DNA from: Octopus sinensis
Taxonomy: Eukaryota
Length of the DNA: 64,000 nt
Reading direction: 5' to 3'
NCBI RefSeq assembly: GCF_006345805.1
Contig: NC_043006.1
Span: 81,096,001-81,160,000, forward strand
Shown: piece after piece, positions 14,146-27,941 of the stretch
How positions within the stretch are numbered: the first letter of the stretch is position 1
Layout of the letters: every line of letters begins with the position of its first letter
Position numbers and translations under genes: made by a program
Notes under the pieces: model-generated
Told to the model about the DNA's origin: nothing
The model's database searches: none
Seen by the model: only the letters and a program-made list of their open reading frames with translations

Positions 14146-14679
14146 TACATACATATACATGCACACATCTAGAGCTATCTATCTATCTCTATATTTGTCT
14201 GTCTGCCTGTGTGTGTGTGTATGTGTATGTGTAAATGTCAAACGATGAAAATGAGTCCAACACCGCATTGGTGGATATAATTTCTTTATTTGTGAATTAA
14301 GGCTACCATTAGTTTCAACTTCAGAAAAGTAAGAAAATATCTTAGCGTCTTAACAAATTTTCAAGCCAATCACAAGTAGAAAGGTGTTCGCCATCATTTT
14401 GGAAAATACAGTAGTTGTTCGATTTTTTTAAGTAAACCGCCTGTCGTCGAAGGCATATTACAATGTTATATATATGTTATCACTCGGAAATTGTATTTCT
14501 CAATTACATTCAGTTCTTTGTAAATTATACCCGAACAAAAATGGGTGTATGCATATATGTATCATACATACATATATGGATATATATCTATATGTGTGTA
14601 TGTGTGTGTGTGCGTGCGCGTGTGTGTGTGTGCATGTGTATACACACATATATATACATACATGCATACATATATATAT

Positions 14680-14890
14680 GGAGTGGCTGTGTGGTAAGTA
14701 GATTGTTCACCAAGCTACTTACACATGGTTCCGGGTCCAGCCCCACTGCGTGGCACCTTCGGCAAGTGTCACCTTCGGCAAGTGTCACCTTCGGCAAGTG
14801 TCACCTTCGGCAAGTGTCACCTTCGACTAAAGGCGGTGCTCCAGCATGGTCACAGTAAAATGACTGAAACAAGTAAAAGAGTAAAAGAGT
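14680..14890 (+). mobile_element. tRNA-derived SINE with its centre replaced by a 16-bp tandem repeat
   Basis: Head GGAGTGGCTGTGTGGTAAG; (CACCTTCGGCAAGTGT)x4 at 14754-14825; tail CGACTAAAGGCGGTGCTCCAGCATGG...GAAACAAGTAAAAGA as at 31250-31320. Confidence 0.85.
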
Positions 14891-15959
14891 ATATATATAT
14901 ATACACACACACACACACATATATACATATATATATATATATTTATTAAAATTTTAATACTTTTGATGTATATTTAAAATAATATAAATTAAATTAATTT
15001 TATGTATTGGCTTATGTTTTTCATTGTTTGATTTCCCTAATAGTGGTTTTATCTCTAATTTAATATAATATAATATATTTATACTATAAAATTGGATTTA
15101 ATCCTAAATCTGATTTTTCCCTGTAAGTTTGGATTTATTCCCTAATATTTTATTATATATATATATATATATTATATATATAATATATATATATATATAT
15201 ATTATAGATACATATATATATATACATATATATGTCCTCGCGTTGTTGTGTTTTCTCTTTGTGTTTTCATGTTTGGATTAACTACATATATATATATATA
15301 CATTGATAGATAGTGAGATATAACAAAACAATATTGCTGCAGTCACTACAAAATATTCTTTTAATTTATTTATTCATTGACGCCTCCACATGTTATTAGC
15401 AACTTACAATTTTTAACGTACAGCATATAGGAACGCCATGTTTATTATCTGAAACTGGATGGTTTATATATATATTTTTAAAAAAATACTTTTCTCACAC
15501 GATAACGAGTGATTTTATTTTTCTGAATTGTTCATTTTAATTTCATGTTTGAAGTTTCAAGTTATGTTATTTTTTTCCCCATTAGTACGCCTTCAATGGT
15601 GTAAATACCAGAGGAAAATAATGCCTAATGCAAACATGTCATGGAATTAATGATGTCTATAACTGAAATGCCAATCCTACAAAACCCATCTTTAGACATG
15701 GTTCTTTATACACAAGCACATACAGATACATATACAGACTTAGAATTTATAGATGAGTATGTTAGTTGGTGCGCCTATATATTTTTTAAATATCTATGTA
15801 ATAAGTGTGGCGCACTTGCAGAAAACAGTACTGCTTGGAACCGCTCGAATACTGCGGAATGTGATCGAAAGATAAGAGGAATTACCTTAGTTCACTGGTA
15901 CTGAACAGCTAACACCGTAGTATATGTCCAGCATTAGAAGCTGTGCAAAGGCAATGGCA

Positions 15960-15996
15960 ATAATAATAATTATGATAATTATAATAATAATAACAA

Positions 15997-16076
<80 letters not shown>

Positions 16077-16098
16077 ACAACAACAACAACAACAACAC

Positions 16099-16182
<84 letters not shown>
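15960..16182. repeat. compound trinucleotide microsatellite (TAA/TAG/CAA/TAA)
   Basis: Direct inspection. Confidence 0.95.
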
Positions 16183-16183
<1 letters not shown>

Positions 16184-16623
16184 TTGACAAGATTAGTAAA
16201 TATAAATTTGACAAGATTAGTAAATATAAAGAAATTTGACAAGATTAGTAAATATAAAGACCTGCTAATGGAAATTGAAAAAATGTGGCATCTCAAGGCG
16301 ACTACAGTACTAGTGATTGTAGGATATCTAGGAATGATAAAAAGGGCACTGAAACCTATTTGAAAATGATTCCAGGCTTACCATCCCTACAGAAAGTGCA
16401 AAAAATCGTATTAACTGGAACGGCTCATGTACTGAGAAGAGCACTATCGCTGTGAAAATAACATCCATCCATGAATTTATTTATTTATTAATTTTTAAAT
16501 ACATATTTCATCTGTGAATTTGCGCATATAATCTGGGAATGCATACAATGCCCTTCTCTGCCCTAGGTGTATGGAAAACACTCGGCGAGAAACGGAAGAA
16601 AATTTGAAGAAAGAAGAAAAAAC
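16183..16623 (+). mobile_element. 3' end of an R4/Dong-like non-LTR retrotransposon (subfamily B)
   Basis: FDKISKYKDLLMEIEKMWHLKATTVLVIVG...QKIVLTGTAHVLRRALSL*, homologous to the C-terminus of ORF 18862-19215; followed by a 3' UTR and flanked by (TAA)n. Confidence 0.85.
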
Positions 16624-16658
<35 letters not shown>

Positions 16659-16659
<1 letters not shown>

Positions 16660-19312
16660 TCCTTGCCAAAGCTCAAAGGATCCGCCGGTACGAGAAACGC
16701 CAACGCTTCTTTGAACAGAACAAAAAGTTCAACTCCGACCCCAAAAAGTTCTACCAAGAACTGGGAAAAAATAAAATAGAAGTCACTGCAGCACCAACGG
16801 CAGAAGAATTGGAAGAATTCTGGAGAGAAATATGGTCGGCGAACGAACAGCCAAAAAAAAGGAGTATGAAAATAACAAACTCGGCATCTGAACAACTTTG
16901 GACCCCCATAACAACTGAAGAGGTCACCCAGGCACTGCAAAAACTAAGCAACTGGAAGGCACCTGGGCATGACAAGATCCCCAACTTCTGGTTGAAATAT
17001 CTAACAGGAATGCACAAAAAGCTGGATGAAAACTTTAACAGCATACTAGCAGAGCCAGAGACAATGCCTGAATGGCTCACGAAGGGGAAAACCATCTTAA
17101 TTCCCAAATCCAATGAGACAGCAAAACCAGAAAACTACAGACCAATAACCTGCCTCCCTACTATGTTCAAGGCATTTACTGCAGTGATATCGCAAAGGCT
17201 GAACAAGCACCTGGGCGAAAACAAACTGTTCCTAGAAGAGCAGAAAGGATGCCGCAAGGGCTCATATGGCTGTAAAAATCAACTAATGATTAATAAGGCT
17301 GTAACTGAAGACAGCCACAGAAAGAAGAAAGGCCTCAGTATGGCCTGGATTGACTACAAAAGGCGTTGATAGCATCCCCCACATATGGATCCTCGAAACA
17401 CTAGCCATTAACAAAGTAGCACCAACAATCATAAAATTCATAGAGCACTCTATGAATAAATGGCAAACAGTCCTACACCTCCAACAAAAGAGGGACTCAT
17501 GAAAACCAAAGACATCCCCATTAGAAGAGGAATATTCCAGGGAGACACGCTCTCTCCACTCCTTTTCTGCTTGGCACTGTCACCTTATCTGATATGCTAA
17601 ATAGAACTGGATGCGGATATAAATGTTACGGCAAAACGATCAGCCACCTTTTATATATGGATGACCTAAAACTATACGCTGCAAATGACAAACAGCTGGA
17701 AACACTATTAAAGACAGTTCATGGATTTACCAAAGAAATAGATATGAAATTTGGATTAGAAAAATGGGCCAAAGTAACCATGAAAAGAGGAAAACTAGTT
17801 AAGAGAAACAACATCACACTAGATAAAACCAATGAAATAAAAGAATTAGACCAAAGCCAAACTTACAAATACTTAGGAATCCATGAACTAGATAAGACAC
17901 AACACACACAAATGAAAGAGAAAATAAAAAAAGAATTTTATAGACGAGTTAGATCAATACTAAAAACAGAGCTCAATGCTAAAGACAAGATAATAGGTAT
18001 CAACACTTTAGCTGTCCCAGTTATAAGTTACAGCTACAATATCCTTAACTGGACACGAAATGAACTGTCCAAAATAGATAGGAAAACAAGAAAAATACTG
18101 ACAGGATCTAGGATGCATCACCCAAAATCTGACATAGAAAGACTATATATACAACGTATAGAAGGTGGTAGAGGCCTTATACAGCTGGAAAACTACTATA
18201 AAATAACCACCATAGGACTGCAAAAATACCTACTTCAGAAGGAAGGAAAACTGATCCAGATAGCAGCAAAACACGAGCAAAACAAAAACTGTTCTCAGTA
18301 TTTAAGGAAGCTGACAAATACAAACAAGAAATCATACCACCTAATAAACACAAAGAAGAAGAAGAAGAAGATGATGAAGAAACACAAAAGCTATAAAACA
18401 AATGAAATCCAAACTAAAAATAGAACAGCAACGAGCCATGATAAAACGATGGCAAGAAAAGCCCCTTCATGGTAAATACTGCACTAAACTAAACGCAAAA
18501 GAAATAGACAAAGAAAAATCCCAGCAATGGTTGAGAAGCTCAGGACTCAAAGCAGAAACAGAGGGATTTTTAATTGCAGCACAAGACCAAAGCCTCCCCA
18601 CCAGAAATTACCAAAAACATGTAATGAAAAGAAATAACAAGTAACTGCAGAATATGTGGAGATGGACAAGAAACAATAAATCATATTATCTCTAGCTGCC
18701 CAGTCCTGGCTAAGAAGGAATATATTCACAGACATGACAGAGTTGGAACCTACATACATTGGAAGCTATGCCAACATTATGGAATAACAACAGAAAAAAG
18801 ATGGTATAGGCACACACCAGAAAAGGTCACAGAAAACGAGAAAGCAACCATACTCTGGGATATGCCGATACACACAGATAGAGAAATTAAGGCCAACAGA
18901 CCAGATATAGTTGTCAGAGATCATGAAGAAAAAAAATGCTTTCTAATTGATGTATCAATACCGGCAGATGACAACGTGTCTCTAAAAGAAATGGAGAAAC
19001 TCTCAAAATACAAAGACCTGGAAATAGAGATAACTAGAATGTGGAACCTGAAAACAGAAACAATTCCTATCATAGTAGGTGCATTAGGCATGATAAAAAA
19101 ATATTCAGACAAATACATAACAAAAACACCAGGACTTACAAACACATATAACATACAGAAAATTGCACTACTAGGCACTGCACACATCCTACGCAGAACA
19201 CTTTCCATAAAATAACCATCAGAGCATCACAACAAATCACAGCACATACCCAGGCACACAGAGCTGCGCTCGGTAGTGAAGTGAAAGCACGCTATAAAAA
19301 TAAAACTACTGA
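16659..19312 (+). mobile_element. R4/Dong-like non-LTR retrotransposon (RT + CCHC + restriction-like endonuclease), 5'-truncated, frameshifted
   Basis: WKAPGHDKIPNFWLK, NYRPITCLPT, EEQKGC, AWIDYK, RGIFQGDTLSPLLF, HLLYMDDLKLY (RT); CRICGDGQETINHIISSC, RHD (CCHC); RPDIVVRD..IDVSIP..KLSKY (PD-D/ExK RLE). Both ends lie in (TAA)n, the established Dong-type target. Confidence 0.95.
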
Positions 19313-19328
19313 ATAATAATAATAATAT

Positions 19329-19359
<31 letters not shown>

Positions 19360-19545
19360 AAATAGAAGAAGAAGAAGAAGAAGAAGAAATAGAAGAAGAA
19401 GAAGAAGAAGAAGAAGAAGAAGAAGAAGAAGAAGAAGAAGAAGAAGAAGAAGAAGAAGAAGAAGAAGAAGAAAAGAAGAAGAAGAAGAAGAAGAAGAAGA
19501 AGAAGAAGAAGAAGAAGAAGAAGAAGAAGAAGAAGAAGAAGAAAA
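19329..19545. repeat. (GAA)n microsatellite
   Basis: Direct repeat; explains the poly-S/L/F ORFs. Confidence 0.95.
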
Positions 19546-19569
19546 ACAACAACAACAATAATAGTAACA

Positions 19570-21950
19570 GAGAAAAGAGTGAGAAATACCAGGCACTGCG
19601 GGACGAGTTAGGAAAGTTATGGAGCATGACGAAAATAATGGTGATACCGGTGGTAATTAGAACATTAGGAGAAGTTTCCAAGAGCTTGGGAAGAATATTG
19701 GAGCTGTTGTCAGGCTCGGACTGATCCAGAAGATAGCATTGTTGGGTACAGCTAGCATTCTAAGGAGAGTATCGTCTCTTGAGTTAGTTAGTTAGTTAGT
19801 TAGTTAATTTTTTGGCTCAAAAAGCAAAAAAGCAAGGCCATGTAGGGGGACATGGAGTTATGTACAGGGCGGTGTTCATGTAAAGAGTTCAGGCCACTTG
19901 TGGTCAAGGGAGACTTTGAACAGAGCGGTCATCGGCATCTTCACCATCTCGTCCGGCAGCTTCTTCCACGGATCCGCAACCCGGACGGAGAAAGCCCCTC
20001 TCCTTTGATTGAGATGAAATCGTCGCAGATAGAGCTTTTTGGAATGACCCCGCAGGCGACGCTCTGGAGCAGGTGTGAAGAACAGCTCCTTCGAGAGGTT
20101 ACACTTTCCGCTTATGATGTGAGCAAGAATGAGATCACCACGGCGTCATCGTTTTTCTAGAGAATAAAGGTCGAGCGTCTTCAGCCTTTCTTCATAAGAC
20201 AAATTCTTGAGACCAAGAACCATGCGGGTAGCCAGCTTCTGGACTCTTTCGAGATGCTGTATGTCTTTGAGGAGATAAGGAGAAGAGGCCTGAATCCCGT
20301 ACTCCAATATGGGTCTCACCAGCGTGACATAGAGATGGTAGGAATATGGCTGCTGTGAGCATTCCGAATGATCGTCGAATCAAGAACAGAACTCCGCGTG
20401 CTTTGTTGGCAGCATGGACGCACTGGGCCGAAGGCGAAAAGGAGGAATCCACCAAGATACCCAGGTCCTTTACCTGATCGGTCCTCTCCAGCAGCAGACG
20501 ACCCGACTCGAAATCAAGTTGAGTTGCAGGAGGAGAGCCAACAGGCAGATGACAGCACTTTGACACGTTTAGACACAGGTCCCGTTCGTTAGACCATCTC
20601 TAAATTTGGTGGAGGCATCGACGAAGATCCTCTATATCACCGCGAGGAGCGACCAGTTTGACATCGTCGGTAAATAGAAGGATGTGTTGCGTGAGGTCGT
20701 CGGGCAAGTCATTTATGAAGACTAAGAACAATAAGGGCCCAAGCACTGAACCTTGAGGCACGCCACTGCTCGCACTGGAGACGTCGGACCGCGAACCATT
20801 AACTTGGACTTGGAAGGAGCGATCTGAGAGGAAGGCACCAACCCATCGTAAAATATCCGGATGGAAACTATATGCTTGAAGCTTGACAAGTAATAGGCGG
20901 TGGTTTACCGAGTCAAAAGCTTTGGCAAAGTCCAATAAAACGATGTCAACAGCATCACTATCATCGAGGATGCGCGTCACCAATTCCTCCATTACCAGTA
21001 AGTTGGTCAAGCATGATCTCTTCGGCACGAAGCCGTGTTGGGAATCAGAGATAGAGGCTGTGTTTTGGAGGTGGAGCATCATACTTTTCTTAAGGATGGT
21101 TTCGAACATCTTGCTGATTATTGATGTAAGGGAAACCGGTCGGTAGTTAAGCGGATCTTCGCGGTTCCCTTTCTTGAAAATTGGGCAGATTATCGCTGTT
21201 CTCCAGTCCGCAGGTATAACACCCGTCGCCAATGACATATTGAATAGACGTGTTAAGGGCTCGCAGATGACCGGAGCCAACGCTTTGATAACCCGTGGGT
21301 GTATGCCGTCAGGGGCGTGACCCTTGTTGACATCGAGTCCTTGAATAACGCGTTCGACTTCGGCCCGGGTGATGACCAATTGAAGCATTGGAGGTACCGA
21401 TCTATCAAATGGAGGGGGTTCACGACCATCATCTTGTTTGAAAATAGTTGGAAAAGCCTCGGCAAATAATTGACTCTGTTGATAAGGGTCCTCAATCGAT
21501 ACGCCTGTTGAGTCTACCAACGTTGCAATTTGGTTGTTCAAGCGGGAATTCCGTTGGACATGGGCAAAGAAGGTTTTTGGATTGCTACTGGCGTTTGCTG
21601 CGATTCTGTATTCATATCTGAAGCGTTCTTCCTTTTCAATTTTCACGGCTCGGTCTCGTTGAGTTTTGTATACCTCAAAAGCTGTAGTCGAATCCAGATT
21701 TTTGAATTCAGCCCAAGCAATGTCTCTGAGTCGAAGTTCTCGTTTAACCTTCTTCGTCACCCAGGGCTTGTGTTTCTTCTTCTTGGGAAGCCCAACGGTA
21801 ACTGCTTGGTCAGTCAACCAGATTACATATGCTTTGAGGGACGACCATAGTTAGAGAAGAAGGCACTACTTGAAACCTTTGGTGATTTGTTATCGCCTGC
21901 TTTCAAGTAAAGAACAACCGCAAATAGAACAGCGAGAAACAAAACAATAA
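19570..21950 (+). mobile_element. 3' end of a third R4/Dong-like element (subfamily C), interrupted by a CR1-like LINE
   Basis: EKSEKYQALRDELGKLW...VIPVVI...IQKIALLGTASILRRV at 19571-19782; the 3' UTR appears to resume at ~21853-21950 and runs into (TAA)n. Confidence 0.7.
19783..21852 (-). mobile_element. CR1-group LINE, 5'-truncated (RT domain through 3' end)
   Basis: ORF 21817-20600: KPWVT, PDGIHPRVIK, NYRPVSLTS, QHGFVPKRSCLTNL, LDFAKAFDSV, GVPQGSVLGPLLF, FTDD. Frameshifted continuation KDLGILVD, FSVRVADPW.KLP; 3' (TAAC)n tail at 19783-19805. Confidence 0.95.
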
Positions 21951-22063
21951 TAATAATGATGATGATGATAAAAACGCCGAGGGAGGGGCTAAGTCGATTA
22001 AATCGACCCCAGTGTTCAACTGGTGCTTATGTTATCAATCCAGAAAGGATGGCATATATTATG

Positions 22064-22123
<60 letters not shown>

Positions 22124-22671
22124 GTGAATGTCGTGATGCAATACAAGGCCGTGGCTCACGTGGCTTCTGATTTTAACTGGAAGTGTTATCATGTACATTG
22201 TTTTGTCTTGGTATAAAAGATGGGCAAATATTCTGCTCAATACCACAAATTTACTTGTCAGATGTTTGACAATAACCAGTTGAGCAAGTCCCTTAGTGGC
22301 TGACGATATGTGCATCTCTGATCACGAGCAGAAGTAGTGGGGGAGCATCATAGCCATGTGTTGAGAGAGATTCTTTGGAGTTTGAATAATTCACCTCTGG
22401 AAACATGGGTGGTTTGTTCAACAGCCTTAAACAACCCTTATTAAGGGGCCTTTTGAGCGGGATGGGCTACTCGACCAAAAGAAAATTCTAACTGAGCCCC
22501 ACCTGCAAGGTCATGTGCTGTTAATTTCGATATCAGATCACCATGTCACGCACATATGGCTGTGATGCATGTGCCTAGAGTACCCTTATCAGACGGGTAG
22601 TCATAATGGGTATACTTGGGTTCGTATATTTTACCCCAGTGTCACTTTGATGGCATGCACTGCTCTCTCAC
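22124..22671. mobile_element. ~550-bp non-coding insertion between (TAA)n tracts (probable non-autonomous element)
   Basis: Discrete, GC-richer, ORF-less block bounded on both sides by TAA/TGA repeats inside the Dong stack. Confidence 0.5.
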
Positions 22672-22709
22672 ATAATGATAATAATGATGATGATGATGAT
22701 GATGATGAT

Positions 22710-24000
22710 AGCAAAATGTACACGTGTGTCCTATGGCTGTAAAAATCAGCTACTCATTAGTAAGATGATCTTGGAAGATTGTCACAAACGACACAAAAAC
22801 TTGTCGGTAGTCTGGATAGGCTATGAAAAAACTTTTGACAGTCTACCACATAGCTGGATTAAGAAATGTCTGGAAATGCATAAAATAGCACCTATTCAGC
22901 GAAACTTTTTATCATGTATGTATGAGATCATGGAGAAGCACACTGACTTTGAACAGTGACAATGTATCTCTAAGTGCTGGCATATGGCATTTTCCAGGGT
23001 GATTCTCTATCGCCGCTACTCTTTTATCTAGCCTTAATACCTCTCTCGAAATTGCTCGAGAGTACCTAACAAGTATGAAAACAAAAAGATGTTAAACAAC
23101 TGAAATCCAAACTAAAACTGGAACAGCAACGGATCATGATAAAACGATGGCAACAGACACCCATGCATGGCATATACTGGGTTAAACGAAACCGAAAAAT
23201 GCACAAAGCAAATCCGGACAATGGCTGAGAAGCTCAGGACTCAAAGCAGAGACAGAAGGAGTTTTAATAGCAGCACAAAACCAAAGCCTCCCCACCAGAA
23301 ATTACCAAAAATATGTAATGAAAAGAAATACAACAATTAAGTACAGAATATGTGGAGATGGAAAAGAAACAATAAACCATATTGTCTCTTGGTGCCCAGC
23401 CCTGGCTAAGAAGGAATATATTCGCAGACACGACAGAGTTAGGATCTATATACACTGGAATCTATGCCGACACAATGGAATAAAAACTGAAAAAAAATGG
23501 TATAGGCACATCCCAGAAAAGATCACAGAAAAGGAGAAAATAACCACACTATGGGATGTGCCAATATACACATATAGAGAAATTAAGGCCAATAGGCTGG
23601 ATATAGTTGTCAGAAATGTTAACAAAGAAATGCTTTGTGATCGATGTATCAATACCAACAGATGACAACGTTTTACAAGAAGAAACGGAGAAACTCTCAA
23701 ATACAAGGAGGTATAAATAGTGGCCTCTCGAACGTGGAGTCTAAAAGCAGAATGAATTCCTATCATAGTAGGTTCTTTAGGTATGATGAAAAAACTATTG
23801 AGACAAATACATAACAAAAAACCAGTACTAACATGTATGTATAACATGCAGAAAATATTACTACTAGACACCGCACACATCCTACGTACAATAGTTTCAA
23901 TGCAGTAAAAATAAAAGCATCACAACAAACCATAGCACAAACGCAAGACATGCATATCTGGGCTGGGTAATGCAGTGAAAGCGCATGAAAAAATAAGACT
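22710..24000 (+). mobile_element. internally deleted, decayed R4/Dong-like element
   Basis: SYGCKNQLLISK, FDSLPHSWI, GIFQGDSLSPLLF, YRICGDGKETINHIVSWC, RRHD, REIKANRLDIVVR; collinear with 17260-19310 with large deletions, and a similar 3' UTR. Confidence 0.9.
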
Positions 24001-24007
24001 ACAACAA

Positions 24008-24065
<58 letters not shown>

Positions 24066-24240
24066 AGCTACTACAGCTACTACTACTATTACTACTACTA
24101 CTACTAATAATAATAATAATAGTAGTAGTAGTAGTAGTAGTAGTAGTAGAAGTAGTAGCAGTAGTAGTAGTGGTGGTGGTGGTGGTAGTAGTATTAGTAG
24201 TAGTAGTAGTAGTAGTAGTAATAATGATAATGATAATAAT
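23998..24240. repeat. compound (CTA)n-(TAA)n-(TAG)n microsatellite
   Basis: Direct inspection. Confidence 0.9.
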
Positions 24241-24582
24241 AGACGACAGATCTTGATATATTGTTTACTAGGTGCATATCGTTAAACTTTGTTCAAAAAC
24301 AATTTATTCTCTGAAAACTTTCTTGTGAGTAGGCGGCAAGTGGTACAGGGATTCAAGAAAGCTGAAAATCGGTGTTTTTATTTCCTGTCATTTCCAGTGA
24401 GAATCTGAGGATAGAAGTATGTATATAGGTTTGTGCCTATGCATATATGTATATGTTTGTATGTGAGTATATGTGCGTGTGTATATTTGTGTGTTTCTGT
24501 ATGTATATGTGCGCGTCATATTTCATTTTCATTTTCTAAGATTATATGAATTACTACAAGGCGCATTTATGTGCCCTCTTTA

Positions 24583-24662
<80 letters not shown>

Positions 24663-24717
24663 CTGTCTGTCTGTCTGTCTGTATGTATGTCTGCCTGTCT
24701 ATCTATCTATCTATCTA

Positions 24718-24789
<72 letters not shown>

Positions 24790-26299
24790 TATGTATTTGT
24801 GGGTGTGTGTGTGTATATATACATATAGATGTGCCTGTGTATATATGTATTAATGTATGTATGGTGTTTATTTGATGAAGCAAAATAAAAATCAGAGGTA
24901 AATATAGAAACATACAAAAGTACATATATAAATAAATCTTTTTATCGTTTGGGTTTTATAAAGAAAAACGATACACTTCAATTTTCTCAATTTTCACATT
25001 TTTCTTTTATCCGTAAGGGCTAAATCTCTGGAAAAGTGGAAGAAAATGTTGTGTATGTATAAAATGTATGAGAAATTTCTTTGGTGTCATTGTTTATGTA
25101 AACAGTTAAAAAGAAATGTTCCTTTAAATGTCAAGAAATGCACTTTAATATTTCTTTTTAATGCACTGTACAAGAGATTTCTTTTAATGTTTAAATCAAA
25201 CCTTGTGTGTAAATAATTCTAATTATAACTAGGATTGTTATGTTACATCAGGCTCTATTGTACGAGATATAACTTTGAAGAAAAGAAAGCCATGCTGCTG
25301 TGAAAATTAAAAATGTTTCGTGACAGCAGCACAATATATGAGTAAGGAAATAAATGTACATGTGAAAACATATACATATCTATTATCAATTGAATTTGTT
25401 TACACTTCTAGAATATTGTTCAATGAGAGAAATAAGCTAGCGGGCCTAGAACTACAAATACAAACGGGAGTACGTGAAGATTTTAGTTCTGAAATAAAGC
25501 ACATTAATTCTTACAGGGTCTGTAAAGAAAATTTACATTTGCTGAAAACAATGCTGTTTTGGGAAAGGCTATTTACATTAGGGTGAACATACTGGTTTGT
25601 CTCTAAAAGATATACTAGAAAACTTATATTAATCAAGAAAAGTAAAAAGTACTGACTTCATTGACCGGACTGTCTTCAGAAAGGCCTCTAAAATCGTGTA
25701 TCAAGATTTGAACATTATAGTGCTGTCCCAGGTTGCAGCTACATGGTTAGTGAGGGATTCAGCCCTTTCTGTATTTTTGCAACTGTGTAGCAGGGACGAG
25801 GGTGAATCATCGCCTAAATTGCCTTTTCTGCAATTGGTATTGGTGTGCTTATAAAATATTTGCAGATAATTCCTGACTTGAAATAAGTAGATTTGTTGTA
25901 GAGATTTTAGGTCTGTAAAAGAAATATTTCCTGAACAAATTAAATGAAAGATATTCATCAACAAGACAAGAACATTGCCCAAATTGAAACAAACAACAAA
26001 ACGTGTTTTGAGAAACTGTTCTGTCCAACCTAGAATCTAGATGAAAGTCCTCGGAAGAATATTGGGGCATGCACTGTCAGAAAGTCCTTAGGAGAAAATT
26101 TGCTAACTTTGAACAACATCTGTTAAGCGTATAATGCGAAAGATAAATTTAATATTTCCTTGTTCAAAACTACGAGAGTATACCGAAAGGCTTAAAAGCT
26201 AACTATGAAGAAATCATGCTAGAGCTGTGAAATCTTGCTGGAATTCATTTCAACTCTTCTTATCAATAAGTGCATTCTGTCTGTTCAGATAAACTTACA

Positions 26300-26880
26300 T
26301 CTGGCTGTTGAAAGAAGACTTCAAATGCAAATGGTCATAAAAGGCCATATGCAACAGATACGACATCATCAACACTGCGACACTGATTTTCAGCTAAATG
26401 TTTTCTTTTGTTGGGGAACATACGGTAGCCAGATAGGACAAAATCAGGAGAAATAGCGGGTGCTGATCAGTCAGTTCAAAGCCACACACATCAGCGACTG
26501 AAACCAAGGACGTGCGTGATGGAGCATTGTCTTAATGAAACAAATTTCCTTTCCTGGGCGTTTTGTTTTCATAGCCTTTCCTAACTGGCTCAGGAAGCTG
26601 ACCATAATACTCTCCATTCATAATGTAGCCCTTTTCAGGATATTCAATAACTTCAAATTTAAATCTCAAAACAACGAAGGCATCACCTTACCTGCAAATT
26701 AAACAAACTTGGCTTTCTTTGGAGCAGGTGAAGAGGGGTGTTTCCACTTCATGGATTGTCTCTTTACTTCTAGTTCAAAGTGATGAAGGTAACACTCATC
26801 CTGGATTAGGAAACGTTCAGGGAAATGAGCCAGATATACTCCAAAAGTAACTACTATCTGTAGAAAAAGCATCTAGCCCC
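26300..26880 (-). mobile_element. old mariner transposase remnant
   Basis: Reverse strand gives RFLIQDECYLHHFE..KRQSMKWKHPSSPAPKKAK, FH*DNAP and a degenerate HPPYSPD-like motif. Confidence 0.8.
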
Positions 26881-27793
26881 TCCCGGTGCATTCATGCGAA
26901 TACATAAAACCGAGGAAAAGAGATTGTTTTCTGTATGTCAGCATTTTAAAATATACATCTTGTTGCAATTTAAAAGTAGACCCTCGGACACTTAGTAAAA
27001 ACCATGAAATCTGCTTGACATCCACTTATTGTAATGTTGGTTATCACCCATGTGTTTCTTCTTTACTAGCGTCACTTGGTTAAACGTTATCTGCTCAAAA
27101 TACAACTACCAAACGGTCTTCTTTTCAGCCTGATAAATGGCAGAATGAATAAACTTTTACGTGACAGGAATCCTGAGTACCTGTATTTAAAAGACTTTTT
27201 TTTTTTTTTATTGTAAGATTATCTTTAATATCTTCGCTAATCGACTGCTTTTCTACTTGTTGAAACATTACCATATATATATATATAAGAAACTTGTACC
27301 CTTATATTGATTGATTAATGAATTTTTGACTAATTCTGAAATTTGTATCAGCAGCTTATATTTGCTGCGGAGTAGATGGCGCGATTACGGTGAATTCGAA
27401 AATTTACGATATATAGACCCGAGGCTTAGATGGTGTAGCCTCGTGTATATATATCTGCCTCCTATTTTGGTGACTTTGCTGACGAGACAAGCCAAGCGTA
27501 AACGGATTTAATTTAATTTAATTAAATTTGAATGCGTGAAGATGTTGAAACCTTGCAGGGTACAAAGTTTGAAGGGGATAAATGTTTTTTTATTTTCCTC
27601 TAGTTTCAGAATTACTACTATTTTTTGCGGTTTTGAGTTTTAGCTGCTCTTTTCAAGTGAGTCGAACGACCTTCTCAGGGTCATTCCTTAATATTTTGTT
27701 GAATGTATCATGTAGTCTGTGACTATTTCTATTTTCTCACTTGACCGCTGGTGGCAGAAAATTTTTCTTGAATTTTTTGTTACCCTTATATTG

Positions 27794-27857
<64 letters not shown>

Positions 27858-27881
27858 GATAGATATAGATATAGATATATG

Positions 27882-27941
<60 letters not shown>

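Noticed and set aside
14754-14825. CRISPR-like array
   Set aside because: The repeats have no spacers, the context is a eukaryotic SINE, and there are no cas genes.
24013-24220. (CTA)n...(TAG)n as a functional hairpin
   Set aside because: Self-complementarity follows trivially from two microsatellites that are each one substitution from (TAA)n.
25600-26100. Host exon(s) (ORFs 25701-25982, 25849-26070)
   Set aside because: Acceptor-like sites exist, but there is no recognisable protein or consistent exon structure.
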